Shown one piece after another: positions 8,858-17,273 of a stretch of DNA of 52,569 nt. The stretch spans positions 1 through 52,569 of the forward strand of contig JBEKSD010000013.1 in the NCBI GenBank assembly GCA_049517335.1. Direction: 5' to 3'. Below the pieces are notes generated by a model, which was not told where the DNA came from, searched no databases, and worked only from the letters and a program-made list of their open reading frames with translations. The stretch's first letter is position 1; each line of letters starts with the position of its first letter. The DNA is from Candidatus Omnitrophota bacterium (GTDB lineage Bacteria > Omnitrophota > Gorgyraeia > Gygaellales > Profunditerraquicolaceae). Both the position numbers and the translations under genes were made by a program.

Positions 8858-10296
8858 TGAAAATATTAATGCTTAATCCGCCTTTTTTACCAAAGTACTC
8901 GAGATTTTCCCGGAGTCCTGCCGTGACGAAGAGTGGGACTATTTATTATCCTTTATGGCATGCTTATGCAACTGGGATGCTGGAGAAGAATGGTCATAAA
9001 GTCAATCTTGTAGATGCCCCTGCTGACGGGCTTGACCGCGATGAATGCTATCGCATTGCTAAGGAATTTAATCCTGGTATGGTTGTTTTATACACTTCAA
9101 CACCGAGCATTTATAACGATGTCGAGATCGGTGGTAATATAAAAGAATTGCTTCCCGATTGTTTTATTGTTCTGACTGGTCCGCATGTTTCTGCATTGCC
9201 AAAGGAATCTTTAGAGATTGATAAGAGAATTGATGCAATAGCCCGCCGTGAGTACGACATGACTCTTGTTGAGATTGCCCAAAAACTGGATAATAAGGAA
9301 GATATAAGCAATGTGGCGGGGCTTACTCTGAGGGTCGGGAATGATATAAAGTCGAACCCCGACAGGGAACTGATAAATGACTTAGATTCTATCCCTTTTG
9401 TCTCAAACGTTTATAAGAGACACCTGAAAATAGAAAATTATTTTTATGCCCATTGCAGGTATCCGGTGATATCGATATTTACAAGTCGCGGATGCAATGC
9501 ACAATGTAATTATTGTATCTATCCCGAACAAATGTTTGGTAGAAGGCAGAGGCAAAGAAGCCCTGAAAATATTGTTGCTGAATTTGAATATATTGAGAGG
9601 GAATTGCCGCAGGTTAAAGAGGTTCTTATTGATGATGATACATTTTCTTTTAATCCAGAGCATACTATGAAATTTTGTGAACTTATGATACAAAAAAATA
9701 TTAAACTTCCATGGACTGTTGAATGTCGTGCAAACCTGAAATATGAGACGATGGTAATGATGAAAAAGGCGGGTTGCAGACTTATAGTTGTAGGATTTGA
9801 GAGTGCTGACAATCAGATATTGAAAAACATTAAAAAAGGTCTATCAGTTGAGAGATTGAGACAGTTTGTTTCTGATGCAAAAAAGGCAGGTATTATGATA
9901 CATGCCTGTTTTATGGCCGGGAATAAAGGAGAAACAAAGGAGACATTAATGAAATCTCTAAAATTTGCTAAAGAGATGAATGCTGATACCTGCCAGTTTT
10001 TTCCCTTGATGGTTTATCCAGGTACGGAGGCTTATGAATGGGCAAAGGTTAATAATTATCTAACGACGACAGATTTTAGAAACTGGCTTACTGAGGATGG
10101 TCTCCACAATTGTGTAGTCAGCACACTGGAACTGAGCGCAAAAGATTTGGTGGATTTTTGTGACTATGCAAGAAGAAGCTATTATTTAAGCCCAAAATAT
10201 CTAACATATAAATTCAGGCAAGTATTATTTAATCCAAAGGAAATGATAAAGACACTTAAGTCAGCTAAAACATTTACAAAGTATCTATTCCGCTGA
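8857..10296 (+). CDS. B12-binding radical SAM protein (HpnJ-like class)
   Basis: N-terminal cobalamin-binding domain (TSTPS, GPHVS), SRGCNAQCNYC CxxxCxxC, DDDTF, GFES, YPGT; ATG 8857 overlaps the upstream TAA. Confidence 0.9.
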   Translation: MKILMLNPPFLPKYSRFSRSPAVTKSGTIYYPLWHAYATGMLEKNGHKVNLVDAPADGLDRDECYRIAKEFNPGMVVLYTSTPSIYNDVEIGGNIKELLPDCFIVLTGPHVSALPKESLEIDKRIDAIARREYDMTLVEIAQKLDNKEDISNVAGLTLRVGNDIKSNPDRELINDLDSIPFVSNVYKRHLKIENYFYAHCRYPVISIFTSRGCNAQCNYCIYPEQMFGRRQRQRSPENIVAEFEYIERELPQVKEVLIDDDTFSFNPEHTMKFCELMIQKNIKLPWTVECRANLKYETMVMMKKAGCRLIVVGFESADNQILKNIKKGLSVERLRQFVSDAKKAGIMIHACFMAGNKGETKETLMKSLKFAKEMNADTCQFFPLMVYPGTEAYEWAKVNNYLTTTDFRNWLTEDGLHNCVVSTLELSAKDLVDFCDYARRSYYLSPKYLTYKFRQVLFNPKEMIKTLKSAKTFTKYLFR

Positions 10297-10312
10297 TGAA
10301 AGAAGATATAAT

Positions 10313-11485
10313 ATGATTCTATTGGAAGTAATATTCTGGAGTGGGTTATTTTTACTATTTTATACCTATCTGGGTTATCCTTTACTTCTTATAGTTGCAA
10401 ATAAAATGCTGCCTCCTAAGTCTTTGAGTGAGAAAGAATCTGAGAGGCGGCCAGTCGTCAGTATTCTTATTGCTGCATATAATGAGGAAAAAGTAATAGG
10501 AGATAAGTTAAAGAATTGTCTGGCTCTTGATTATCCTGCTGAACTTTTACAAATCTACATTGCATCTGATGGTTCTTCTGATAATACCAACGATATTGTC
10601 AAGGGATACGCTGAAAAGGAAAAAAGGATCCATTTATTGGAATTTCCTCGAACCGGTAAGTCAGGTGTTTTAAATAAGGCGATGGCTTGCCTGAAAAGCG
10701 AGATAGTGGTTTTTTCAGATGCAAATACGGAATATATGCGTGACGCATTAAAAAATTTAATAAAGCATTTCTCGGATGAAAAGGTGGGATGTGTATGTGG
10801 AAGGCTTATTTACAGGAATCCGGGAGAGGTCGTCAGCGGCAAAGGAGAAAGTTTTTATTGGCGATATGAGACTGCATTGAAGAAGATGGAGAGTAGGCTT
10901 GGATATGTGGCTGGCGCAAATGGCGCTATTTATGCGATAAGAAGAGAGCTATTTGAGCTTTTACCAGCAGGAACGATTAATGATGATTTTACGATTTCGA
11001 TGAGAATAGTGCAAAAGGGTTTTAAAAGTATGTATGATGAAAATGCTATTGCATATGAATATGTTGCACCAAACATGAAAAGTGAATTCCGGCGGCATAT
11101 GAGAGATGGTGCAGGTCATTATATTGCTGTATATCATCTACTTGGCCTACTGAACCCGTTTTTGGGATTAAGATCATTTATTTACTGGTCACACAGGTTA
11201 TTACGATGGGCAGCACCGTTTGTCCTGATAGTGTTATTTTTTTTGAACATGCTTTTATCGAATAACTTATTTTACTTATTTTTATTCATTATACATATGG
11301 GATTTTATCTATTGGCAGTTGTTGGATTGATTTATGTAAAAACCAAAAAACTGCCAATCTTTATGTATGTACCTTTCTACTTTTGTAATCTTAATCTTGC
11401 CCTCCTTTTAGGTTTTTTAAAAGCAGTAACGGGAAGTCAAAAGATGACATGGGAAAGTACAGAAAGGTTGCCTAAAAATGTTTAA
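10313..11485 (+). CDS. Membrane-associated GT2 glycosyltransferase (PgaC/CESA-like subfamily)
   Basis: AAYNEE, SDGSSD, FSDAN, GANGAIYAIRR, INDD, SHRLLRW; N- and C-terminal TM helices. Confidence 0.9.
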   Translation: MILLEVIFWSGLFLLFYTYLGYPLLLIVANKMLPPKSLSEKESERRPVVSILIAAYNEEKVIGDKLKNCLALDYPAELLQIYIASDGSSDNTNDIVKGYAEKEKRIHLLEFPRTGKSGVLNKAMACLKSEIVVFSDANTEYMRDALKNLIKHFSDEKVGCVCGRLIYRNPGEVVSGKGESFYWRYETALKKMESRLGYVAGANGAIYAIRRELFELLPAGTINDDFTISMRIVQKGFKSMYDENAIAYEYVAPNMKSEFRRHMRDGAGHYIAVYHLLGLLNPFLGLRSFIYWSHRLLRWAAPFVLIVLFFLNMLLSNNLFYLFLFIIHMGFYLLAVVGLIYVKTKKLPIFMYVPFYFCNLNLALLLGFLKAVTGSQKMTWESTERLPKNV

Positions 11486-11487
11486 AG

Positions 11488-11655
11488 CTGTGTAAAAATA
11501 TAGATTTTGTGGTTCATTTATCCGGTTGGGCACATGTGATGAATGAACAAGAGAGTGATCCAGTTTCCGTATATCACTGGGTCAATGTCTTAGAGACTAA
11601 ACGACTGGCTCTTAAGAACTGGTACGGTTTATGGAGGCAGGTCATCTTGTCCTAA
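11488..11655 (+). pseudogene. N-terminal remnant of a WbpV-like NAD-dependent epimerase/4-reductase
   Basis: Manual translation LCKNIDFVVHLSGWAHVMNEQESDPVSVYHWVNVLETKRLA matches the VVHLAARVHVM..DPL..F..VNV.GT..LA pattern; no start codon or GxxGxxG motif. Confidence 0.75.
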
Positions 11656-11663
11656 TAAATATC

Positions 11664-11692
11664 TTGACAAAGATACTTTTGCATGATACAAT
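11664..11692 (+). promoter_or_regulatory. Sigma70-type promoter of the terminase cassette
   Basis: TTGACA (11664-69), 17-bp spacer, extended -10 TGaTACAAT (TACAAT 11687-92). Confidence 0.75.
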
Positions 11693-11700
11693 TTGTAATT

Positions 11701-11976
11701 GTGGAGAATAAAGAGGAAGTTCATAAGAAGATTGTTGAGTTGATCGAAACATACGAAAGACTGAACCAGAAAAAGCAAGATATTAAGTTAAAATATCTAA
11801 TCAGTGCTCGCGTGAAACTGCATCGAGCGCAGAAGCAAATAACACAGGAGCAGTTAGCTAAGGAGCTGGGAGTAAAAAGGCTCCAAGTATTGCGCTGGGA
11901 AAATGGTCAGAGCCAGCCGAGTCCAGTTATGATTAAGTTGTTACAGGAAAAAGGTATTCTTCCAGATTTAAGTTAA
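11701..11976 (+). CDS. XRE/Cro-C1 family HTH transcriptional regulator
   Basis: QITQEQLAKELGVKRLQVLRWENGQSQP HTH_3 signature; GTG 11701 preferred because ATG 11683 lies inside the promoter. Confidence 0.85.
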   Translation: MENKEEVHKKIVELIETYERLNQKKQDIKLKYLISARVKLHRAQKQITQEQLAKELGVKRLQVLRWENGQSQPSPVMIKLLQEKGILPDLS

Positions 11977-11995
11977 GACGATTTTTTTTGTCCAT

Positions 11996-12017
11996 TAATG
12001 TATCTAGTAATGTATCT
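11996..12017. repeat. 10-bp direct repeat TAATGTATCT x2 (possible operator)
   Basis: Copies at 11996-12005 and 12008-12017; core GTATC is the reverse complement of the GATAC pair inside the upstream promoter. Confidence 0.5.
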
Positions 12018-12073
12018 TCAGTCGGTGAGGATCGGATTAAGCTTGATAATAAACATTTGTAAAAGGAGAATAT

Positions 12074-13723
12074 ATGAAAAGATATGAATTAGAGAGGGAT
12101 CGTATTTGGCTTATAGAACATCCAGAATATGAACGTAGAGTAGTTAAAATTGATGAATTCATCGTAAGCCTCAACTATTTGAATTTAGCGTCTTACTGTT
12201 GGCCATCTGTTTTGGAGGATACGGGGAAGTATTATTCCGGAAATTATTGTGAAGCGGTCTTTGTTCATGGTATTGGATCGGGTAAAGGGTTTAAGTCATC
12301 AATAATGTTAAGTTACGAATTGTATAAATTGCTATGCTTGAAGAATCCACAGGAGTATTTTGGCCTCTCTAAGGACAGTCCAGTTTTTATCGTTAATGTA
12401 TCCGTTAACGCGGAGCAGAGCCGAAAGGTGGTCTTTGGAGAGACTAAGGCCATGATCATGAATAGTCCATGGTTTATGAAGTATAATCCTCCGGACCCCA
12501 GGGTACAGACGCAACTTCTTTTCCCAAAAAACATTTCAATTTTCCCTGGGAGCTCAAGCGAGACTGGAGTTCTTGGTTATAACATTTTCGCTGCCATCAT
12601 GGATGAGGCGTCATTCTTCATTTCAACGCCATTCCATGATGCTGCCGAAGAGATTTATAATGTTTTAAAGTCGCGCATGGTCAGTCGTTTTGGCGATCAG
12701 GCCGGTCCGCTGGTGATTATAAGTTCTCCTAAGCATGAAAATGATTTTGTTGAAATGAAAATGAAGGAGGCGGCGTATAACAAAAGAATTTTTGCTGTCC
12801 GGCGAACTCTCTGGGAGGCTAAGCCTCCGGAAACATACACCAAGGGATGGGTTGATTTCCGTGGCTACAAGATACCTAAGGAGTTGGAAGAAATCGCTCA
12901 GCGTAATCCAGGGAAGTTTAAACGTGATTACATGGCGATTCCATCAGGAGTAATCGACCCATATTTTACCCAATATGATTTAATTGATGCAGCCATTGAT
13001 CCGAAAATGGAATCTCCTATTGATGAAAATGGTAATTTCAAATCTTGGTTTATGGGGCAGGGTCATGGATATCGTATCCATGTGGATCTTTCGTTGCGAA
13101 AAGATGCGACAGGGCTTGTAATGGCTCATAGTGAGGAGGGCGTTATCTACATAGATCTTATGATGCAAATCAAAGCCCCGCCGAATGGCGAGATTAATTT
13201 CTCTACAATACGGGATATAATTTTTGATTTAAGCAAGAGGCATTTCGATATTCATGGCGTGACCTTTGATGGATGGCAATCCCAGGATAGTATTCAGATA
13301 TTGAGGGACCAGGGAATAAGTGCAGATGTGTTGAGCGTTGACCGTGATATGAAAGCGTACGATACGCTAAAAGATCTCCTTTACTCTAAAAAAATCAAAA
13401 CGTATTACTTCGAGCCTTTTATTAAAGAGGTAAAACAGCTCGAATTTATTGAGGGGAAAAAAATTGACCATCCTCCTCATGGATCAAAAGATGTCTCTGA
13501 CGCTGTAGCAGGGGCTGTGTTTATGTGCGTAAGTAATCCTAATAATTTCTCATTTACAGGAATGGAGGAAATTGCGGCCCAACGCAAGGCCCTTCGAGCG
13601 CAGGGGATCGATCCTGATTCCGTGATGGGCAGAAGTGCGCAGCGAGTAAATAAAGATAAACTCGTTCGGTATGGAGAATGCGATGGGAGATATTTTTCAT
13701 CTTCGCCGATTGGTTGGAGGTAA
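12074..13723 (+). CDS. Phage terminase large subunit-like protein
   Basis: Walker A GIGSGKG, Walker B AAIMDEA, coupling motif IISSP, RNase H-type nuclease residues HVDLS, TFDGWQS, KIDHPPHGSKDVSDAVAG; RBS AAGGAG. Confidence 0.88.
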   Translation: MKRYELERDRIWLIEHPEYERRVVKIDEFIVSLNYLNLASYCWPSVLEDTGKYYSGNYCEAVFVHGIGSGKGFKSSIMLSYELYKLLCLKNPQEYFGLSKDSPVFIVNVSVNAEQSRKVVFGETKAMIMNSPWFMKYNPPDPRVQTQLLFPKNISIFPGSSSETGVLGYNIFAAIMDEASFFISTPFHDAAEEIYNVLKSRMVSRFGDQAGPLVIISSPKHENDFVEMKMKEAAYNKRIFAVRRTLWEAKPPETYTKGWVDFRGYKIPKELEEIAQRNPGKFKRDYMAIPSGVIDPYFTQYDLIDAAIDPKMESPIDENGNFKSWFMGQGHGYRIHVDLSLRKDATGLVMAHSEEGVIYIDLMMQIKAPPNGEINFSTIRDIIFDLSKRHFDIHGVTFDGWQSQDSIQILRDQGISADVLSVDRDMKAYDTLKDLLYSKKIKTYYFEPFIKEVKQLEFIEGKKIDHPPHGSKDVSDAVAGAVFMCVSNPNNFSFTGMEEIAAQRKALRAQGIDPDSVMGRSAQRVNKDKLVRYGECDGRYFSSSPIGWR

Positions 13724-13741
13724 TCAATATTGGAGGTGACT

Positions 13742-14473
13742 ATGAGATCAGCTATTTCTGAAAGAAAACCTTTGCTTGAGGTGATTACTGGATTAGAAGA
13801 GGGGACGATTAACCCGAGAGAATTAAGCAAAGGAACTAAGAAGGAGTGTATCCGTTTCTTAAGATTGAAAGGATACTCAGTTATGGAAATTTCAAGTATC
13901 CTGTACATGTCTTCCAGGAGTGTGTTTCGATATTTGGAGAAAGTACGTAAGGAGAATGCGCTTACTACAAGTACTGAATTTCAACGGGAGCTTGTCGGGG
14001 AGGTGCTCAATAATTTTAGGGCAGAATATGCGAGATTGATTCGGCTGTCCCATTCCGCGAACCTCGATGATAGTGGAAAAGTCAGGGCTATTTATGCCGC
14101 GTCTAAGGTTCAGAAAGAAATGGTGAACATCCTTGACCGGCTTGGATATTTGGGTAAGGAGTTTTTAGAAGAAAAAAGCAACGGCCCAGATAATGAATCG
14201 GAACTGTTTGCTCCAGATGACCCAGTACTCTCGAGGGTGGACAAATTGCTCCCGTCACAAAGAGGAGAGATTATAGATTTATTAAAAGCGGATCCACAAT
14301 GCGATATGCGCAAGATTGCGGTGATGATCCAATGCTACATTGCGGATAATAGGAAAAAAGGACTTTACGACCCGGACGGCACATTGAGGGGAAGCCTTGG
14401 ATTGTCGAATGTCATACCTCCTCAGTCCAATAATCTTCAACCATTTGTGGATGAAGGAGTTACGATAAATTGA
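13742..14473 (+). CDS. HTH-domain protein, possible terminase small-subunit-like partner
   Basis: LRLKGYSVMEISSILYMSSRSVFRYL HTH followed by long helical segments; strong RBS GGAGGTG before ATG 13742. Confidence 0.55.
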   Translation: MRSAISERKPLLEVITGLEEGTINPRELSKGTKKECIRFLRLKGYSVMEISSILYMSSRSVFRYLEKVRKENALTTSTEFQRELVGEVLNNFRAEYARLIRLSHSANLDDSGKVRAIYAASKVQKEMVNILDRLGYLGKEFLEEKSNGPDNESELFAPDDPVLSRVDKLLPSQRGEIIDLLKADPQCDMRKIAVMIQCYIADNRKKGLYDPDGTLRGSLGLSNVIPPQSNNLQPFVDEGVTIN

Positions 14474-14508
14474 AGAGTTAAATATATGACAAAAATGACA
14501 GCTTGCTA

Positions 14509-14688
14509 CTACCAATTATTCAGATATTTAAGTGCCTTAAAGACAGTTCTTTTACTTATCTTAAACGCTTTAGCGCTTTCCCCTAGAGACATTTTAAGTG
14601 AATGTAATTCTTGTATTCTTTTTGCTGATCTTTGCTATAATAGGATTTATTAGAGTGGTTGAATTATAATCTTTATTTGGACTTCGGA
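14509..14688 (-). pseudogene. Decayed small HTH gene
   Basis: Minus-strand frame SEVQIKIIIQPL**ILL*QRSAKRIQELHSLKMSLGESAKAFKISKRTVFKALKYLNNW*: HTH pattern with three in-frame stops. Confidence 0.55.
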
Positions 14689-14727
14689 TTAGGAGATTTT
14701 CTAACGAGCTTTTAAAAAGGATAACGA

Positions 14728-14877
14728 ATGGATAAAATTACAGGAAAGAGAGAAGAGCTGGAAAAATTAACCGGATCCTTCCTTGTTGACAATAGTAAAA
14801 TCAGGCACCTGTTTGGTTGGAAGCCACCGTTCACTATTAAAGAAGGGATTATAGAGACGCTTAAAGGGATATGCTAA
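14728..14877 (+). pseudogene. C-terminal remnant of the WbpV-like epimerase/4-reductase
   Basis: MDKITGKREELEKLTGSFLVDNSKIRHLFGWKPPFTIKEGIIETLKGIC matches the GK....RL.GSL.VD.SK....LGW.PP....EG C-terminus; stop overlaps the next ATG. Confidence 0.8.
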
Positions 14878-15434
14878 AACGAGTTTTTGATTTAATTTTA
14901 GCTGCAATTTTGGTAGTTTTATTTAGCCTACCAATGCTGGTTATTGCCGTATTGATTAAATTAATGTCCAAGGAGCCGGTTATTTTCTGGACGAACCGCG
15001 TGGGTAAAAATAACCGCATTTTTAAGATGGCTAAATTCAGGACAATGAAATTAAATACGCCCCAGCTAGCCACTCACTTAATGGAAAATCCTGAAGATTA
15101 TTTGATTCCCGTAGGAGGGTTTTTGCGCAAATACAGTTTAGATGAATTGCCGCAACTATTTAACATTTTAAGAGGGGAAATGAGTTTTGTCGGGCCGCGC
15201 CCGGCACTCTTTAACCAGCATGATTTAATTGAATTAAGGACCTCCAAGAATATTCATAAGTTAATCCCCGGAGTAACCGGTTGGGCTCAGGTTAACGGAA
15301 GGGATGAGCTTCCTATTCCAGTAAAGGTTGAGTTTGATGAATATTACCTGAAAAATAAAAGTTTATTACTGGATGCGCGGATTATATTAATCACACTGTT
15401 AAAAGTTATAAAAAAAGAAGGGGTTAGCCATTAA
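14871..15434 (+). CDS. Monotopic phosphoglycosyl transferase (Bac_transf; WbfU/PglC-like initiating transferase)
   Basis: KRVFD, KFRTM, SLDELPQLFNILRGEMSFVGPRP, PGVTGWAQVNGR. Confidence 0.93.
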   Translation: MLKRVFDLILAAILVVLFSLPMLVIAVLIKLMSKEPVIFWTNRVGKNNRIFKMAKFRTMKLNTPQLATHLMENPEDYLIPVGGFLRKYSLDELPQLFNILRGEMSFVGPRPALFNQHDLIELRTSKNIHKLIPGVTGWAQVNGRDELPIPVKVEFDEYYLKNKSLLLDARIILITLLKVIKKEGVSH

Positions 15435-15440
15435 AAAATT

Positions 15441-17273
15441 ATGAAAGAAGCCTACAAGCTATTCATATTGAAATACCGTAAGGTGCTTATTTTAGCCACT
15501 AATCTTTTTTTAGTGTCTTTGTCTTATTACCTAGCTTTTATATTGCGTTTTGATTATAACCTTTCTAAAGATTATTCTGCACTCTTTTTTAAAACTTTAC
15601 CGTTTTTAATTATTGTCAAACTTTTGGTTTTTTATTATTTTAGTTTATTCCGCGGGCTGTGGAGATATGTAAGCATATACGACTTATGGCAGATAATAAA
15701 AGCTAACCTGGTCGCTACAGCTTTATTTATCCTTGCAAACATTTTTATACGCGGCGCGCATATTATCCCTAGGTCTATTCTTTTGAATGATTTTATCATT
15801 TGTACATCTTTTATCGGAGGAATCAGATTTTTGACACGCATCATCAGGGAAAGATACCGTGGCCCGCTTCTCATAAATAAGCAGGTAAATGTGCTTATTG
15901 TGGGAGCCGGAGAGGCGGGGATATTGCTTTTAAAAGAATACAGGCATAACCCTACGTTGGGAGAGGTGGTTGGTTTTATCGATGATGATAAAGCTAAGCA
16001 TAATGAAACCATTCAGGGGTTTAAAATCTTAGGAAATAGGCATGCTATTCCTAAGGTTGTCCAAACTTACGATGTGAAAGAGATTATTTTAGCCATTCCT
16101 TCAGCTAAAGGAGAGGTGATAAGGGATTTAGTTGCCTGTTGCCAAGTACCTGATGTTAAACTAAAGATTGTTCCGGGCTTAAGCAAAATCATAAGCGGCG
16201 AGGTAAAGATAGATTTAAGGGAAGTAAGACCTGAAGATCTCTTGGGCAGGGAGACGGTAACTATTGATGCATGTGAAATTACGAAATACCTGAAAGATAA
16301 AAAGGTTCTCATTACCGGTGCTGCGGGTTCTATTGGTTCGGAATTATGCAGACAGTTGGCAAATTTTTCTCCGGCAGAAGTTATTCTCATAGACCACAAT
16401 GAGAACAATCTTTATTTTTTAACCCTGGAACTTAAGGATAAGTTTAAGCATCTAAATATAAAAACAGTGATTGGGGATATTAATGATATCGGTTTATTAA
16501 AGGCAGTTTTCTCCAAATGTAAACCGCAGGTGGTCTTTCATGCTGCAGCTTATAAGCATGTGCCTTTGATGGAGGATAATCCGCTAGCGGCAGTGAAGAA
16601 TAATGTTTTTGGCAGCAGGAATATTATTTATGCAGCACATCATTATAAAGTAGACCGCCTTGTCTTGATTTCAACCGATAAGGCTGTTAATCCTATAAAT
16701 ACTATGGGGCTAAGCAAGAGGCTGGCAGAGATTATGCTTCAGGCTAAAGCAAAACGCAGCAAGACGAAATTTATGGCAGTCCGTTTTGGCAATGTTTTAG
16801 GTTCCGACGGCAGCGTCGTGCCTTTATTTAAAAAACAGATAGAGTCAGGTGGGCCTATAACCATAACGCATCCGGATACAACCCGGTACTTTATGAGCAT
16901 TAAAGAGGCGGTATTATTAGTACTTCAAGCAGGGGCAATAGGGGTTGGAGGAGAAATATTTATTTTAGATATGGGAGAGCAGATAAAGATTGTGGATTTA
17001 GCCCGGGATTTAGTGGCGTTATCAGGATTAGAATTGGGTAAAGATATTATGCTTGAATATGTAGGATTACGGCCGGGTGAAAAAATCAGGGAAGAACTCC
17101 TGCTGGATAAGGATAAAGATAAGACCACAAAGCATGATAAGATATATATAAGCCAAGCTGATAATTTTGACCTTGTTTCTTTAAGAAAGCAAATGAAGGA
17201 ACTTGAAGGGTATGTTAATTCTACGGATGAAGAAAAAGTCGTCAGGCAAATGAAGGAAATAATTGGAAAATAA
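15441..17273 (+). CDS. Membrane-bound UDP-GlcNAc 4,6-dehydratase (WbpM/CapD/PglF family)
   Basis: 4 N-terminal TMs, GAGEAG, TGAAGSIGSELCRQ, HAAAYKHVP, STDKAV, RFGNVLGS, GLRPGEK. Confidence 0.93.
   Translation: MKEAYKLFILKYRKVLILATNLFLVSLSYYLAFILRFDYNLSKDYSALFFKTLPFLIIVKLLVFYYFSLFRGLWRYVSIYDLWQIIKANLVATALFILANIFIRGAHIIPRSILLNDFIICTSFIGGIRFLTRIIRERYRGPLLINKQVNVLIVGAGEAGILLLKEYRHNPTLGEVVGFIDDDKAKHNETIQGFKILGNRHAIPKVVQTYDVKEIILAIPSAKGEVIRDLVACCQVPDVKLKIVPGLSKIISGEVKIDLREVRPEDLLGRETVTIDACEITKYLKDKKVLITGAAGSIGSELCRQLANFSPAEVILIDHNENNLYFLTLELKDKFKHLNIKTVIGDINDIGLLKAVFSKCKPQVVFHAAAYKHVPLMEDNPLAAVKNNVFGSRNIIYAAHHYKVDRLVLISTDKAVNPINTMGLSKRLAEIMLQAKAKRSKTKFMAVRFGNVLGSDGSVVPLFKKQIESGGPITITHPDTTRYFMSIKEAVLLVLQAGAIGVGGEIFILDMGEQIKIVDLARDLVALSGLELGKDIMLEYVGLRPGEKIREELLLDKDKDKTTKHDKIYISQADNFDLVSLRKQMKELEGYVNSTDEEKVVRQMKEIIGK

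Noticed and set aside
13477-13908. 143-aa minus-strand ORF and the other antisense ORFs in the track
   Set aside because: They overlap well-supported + strand genes and show no recognisable motifs; treated as shadow ORFs
11664-14700. Complete prophage or gene transfer agent
   Set aside because: No portal, capsid, tail, lysis or integrase genes in or around the cassette
11608-14719. att-like direct repeats flanking the terminase island (gctcttaagaa / gcttttaaaaa)
   Set aside because: Only 9 of 11 matches in AT-rich DNA, and the target gene has lost its middle, so the original ends are probably deleted
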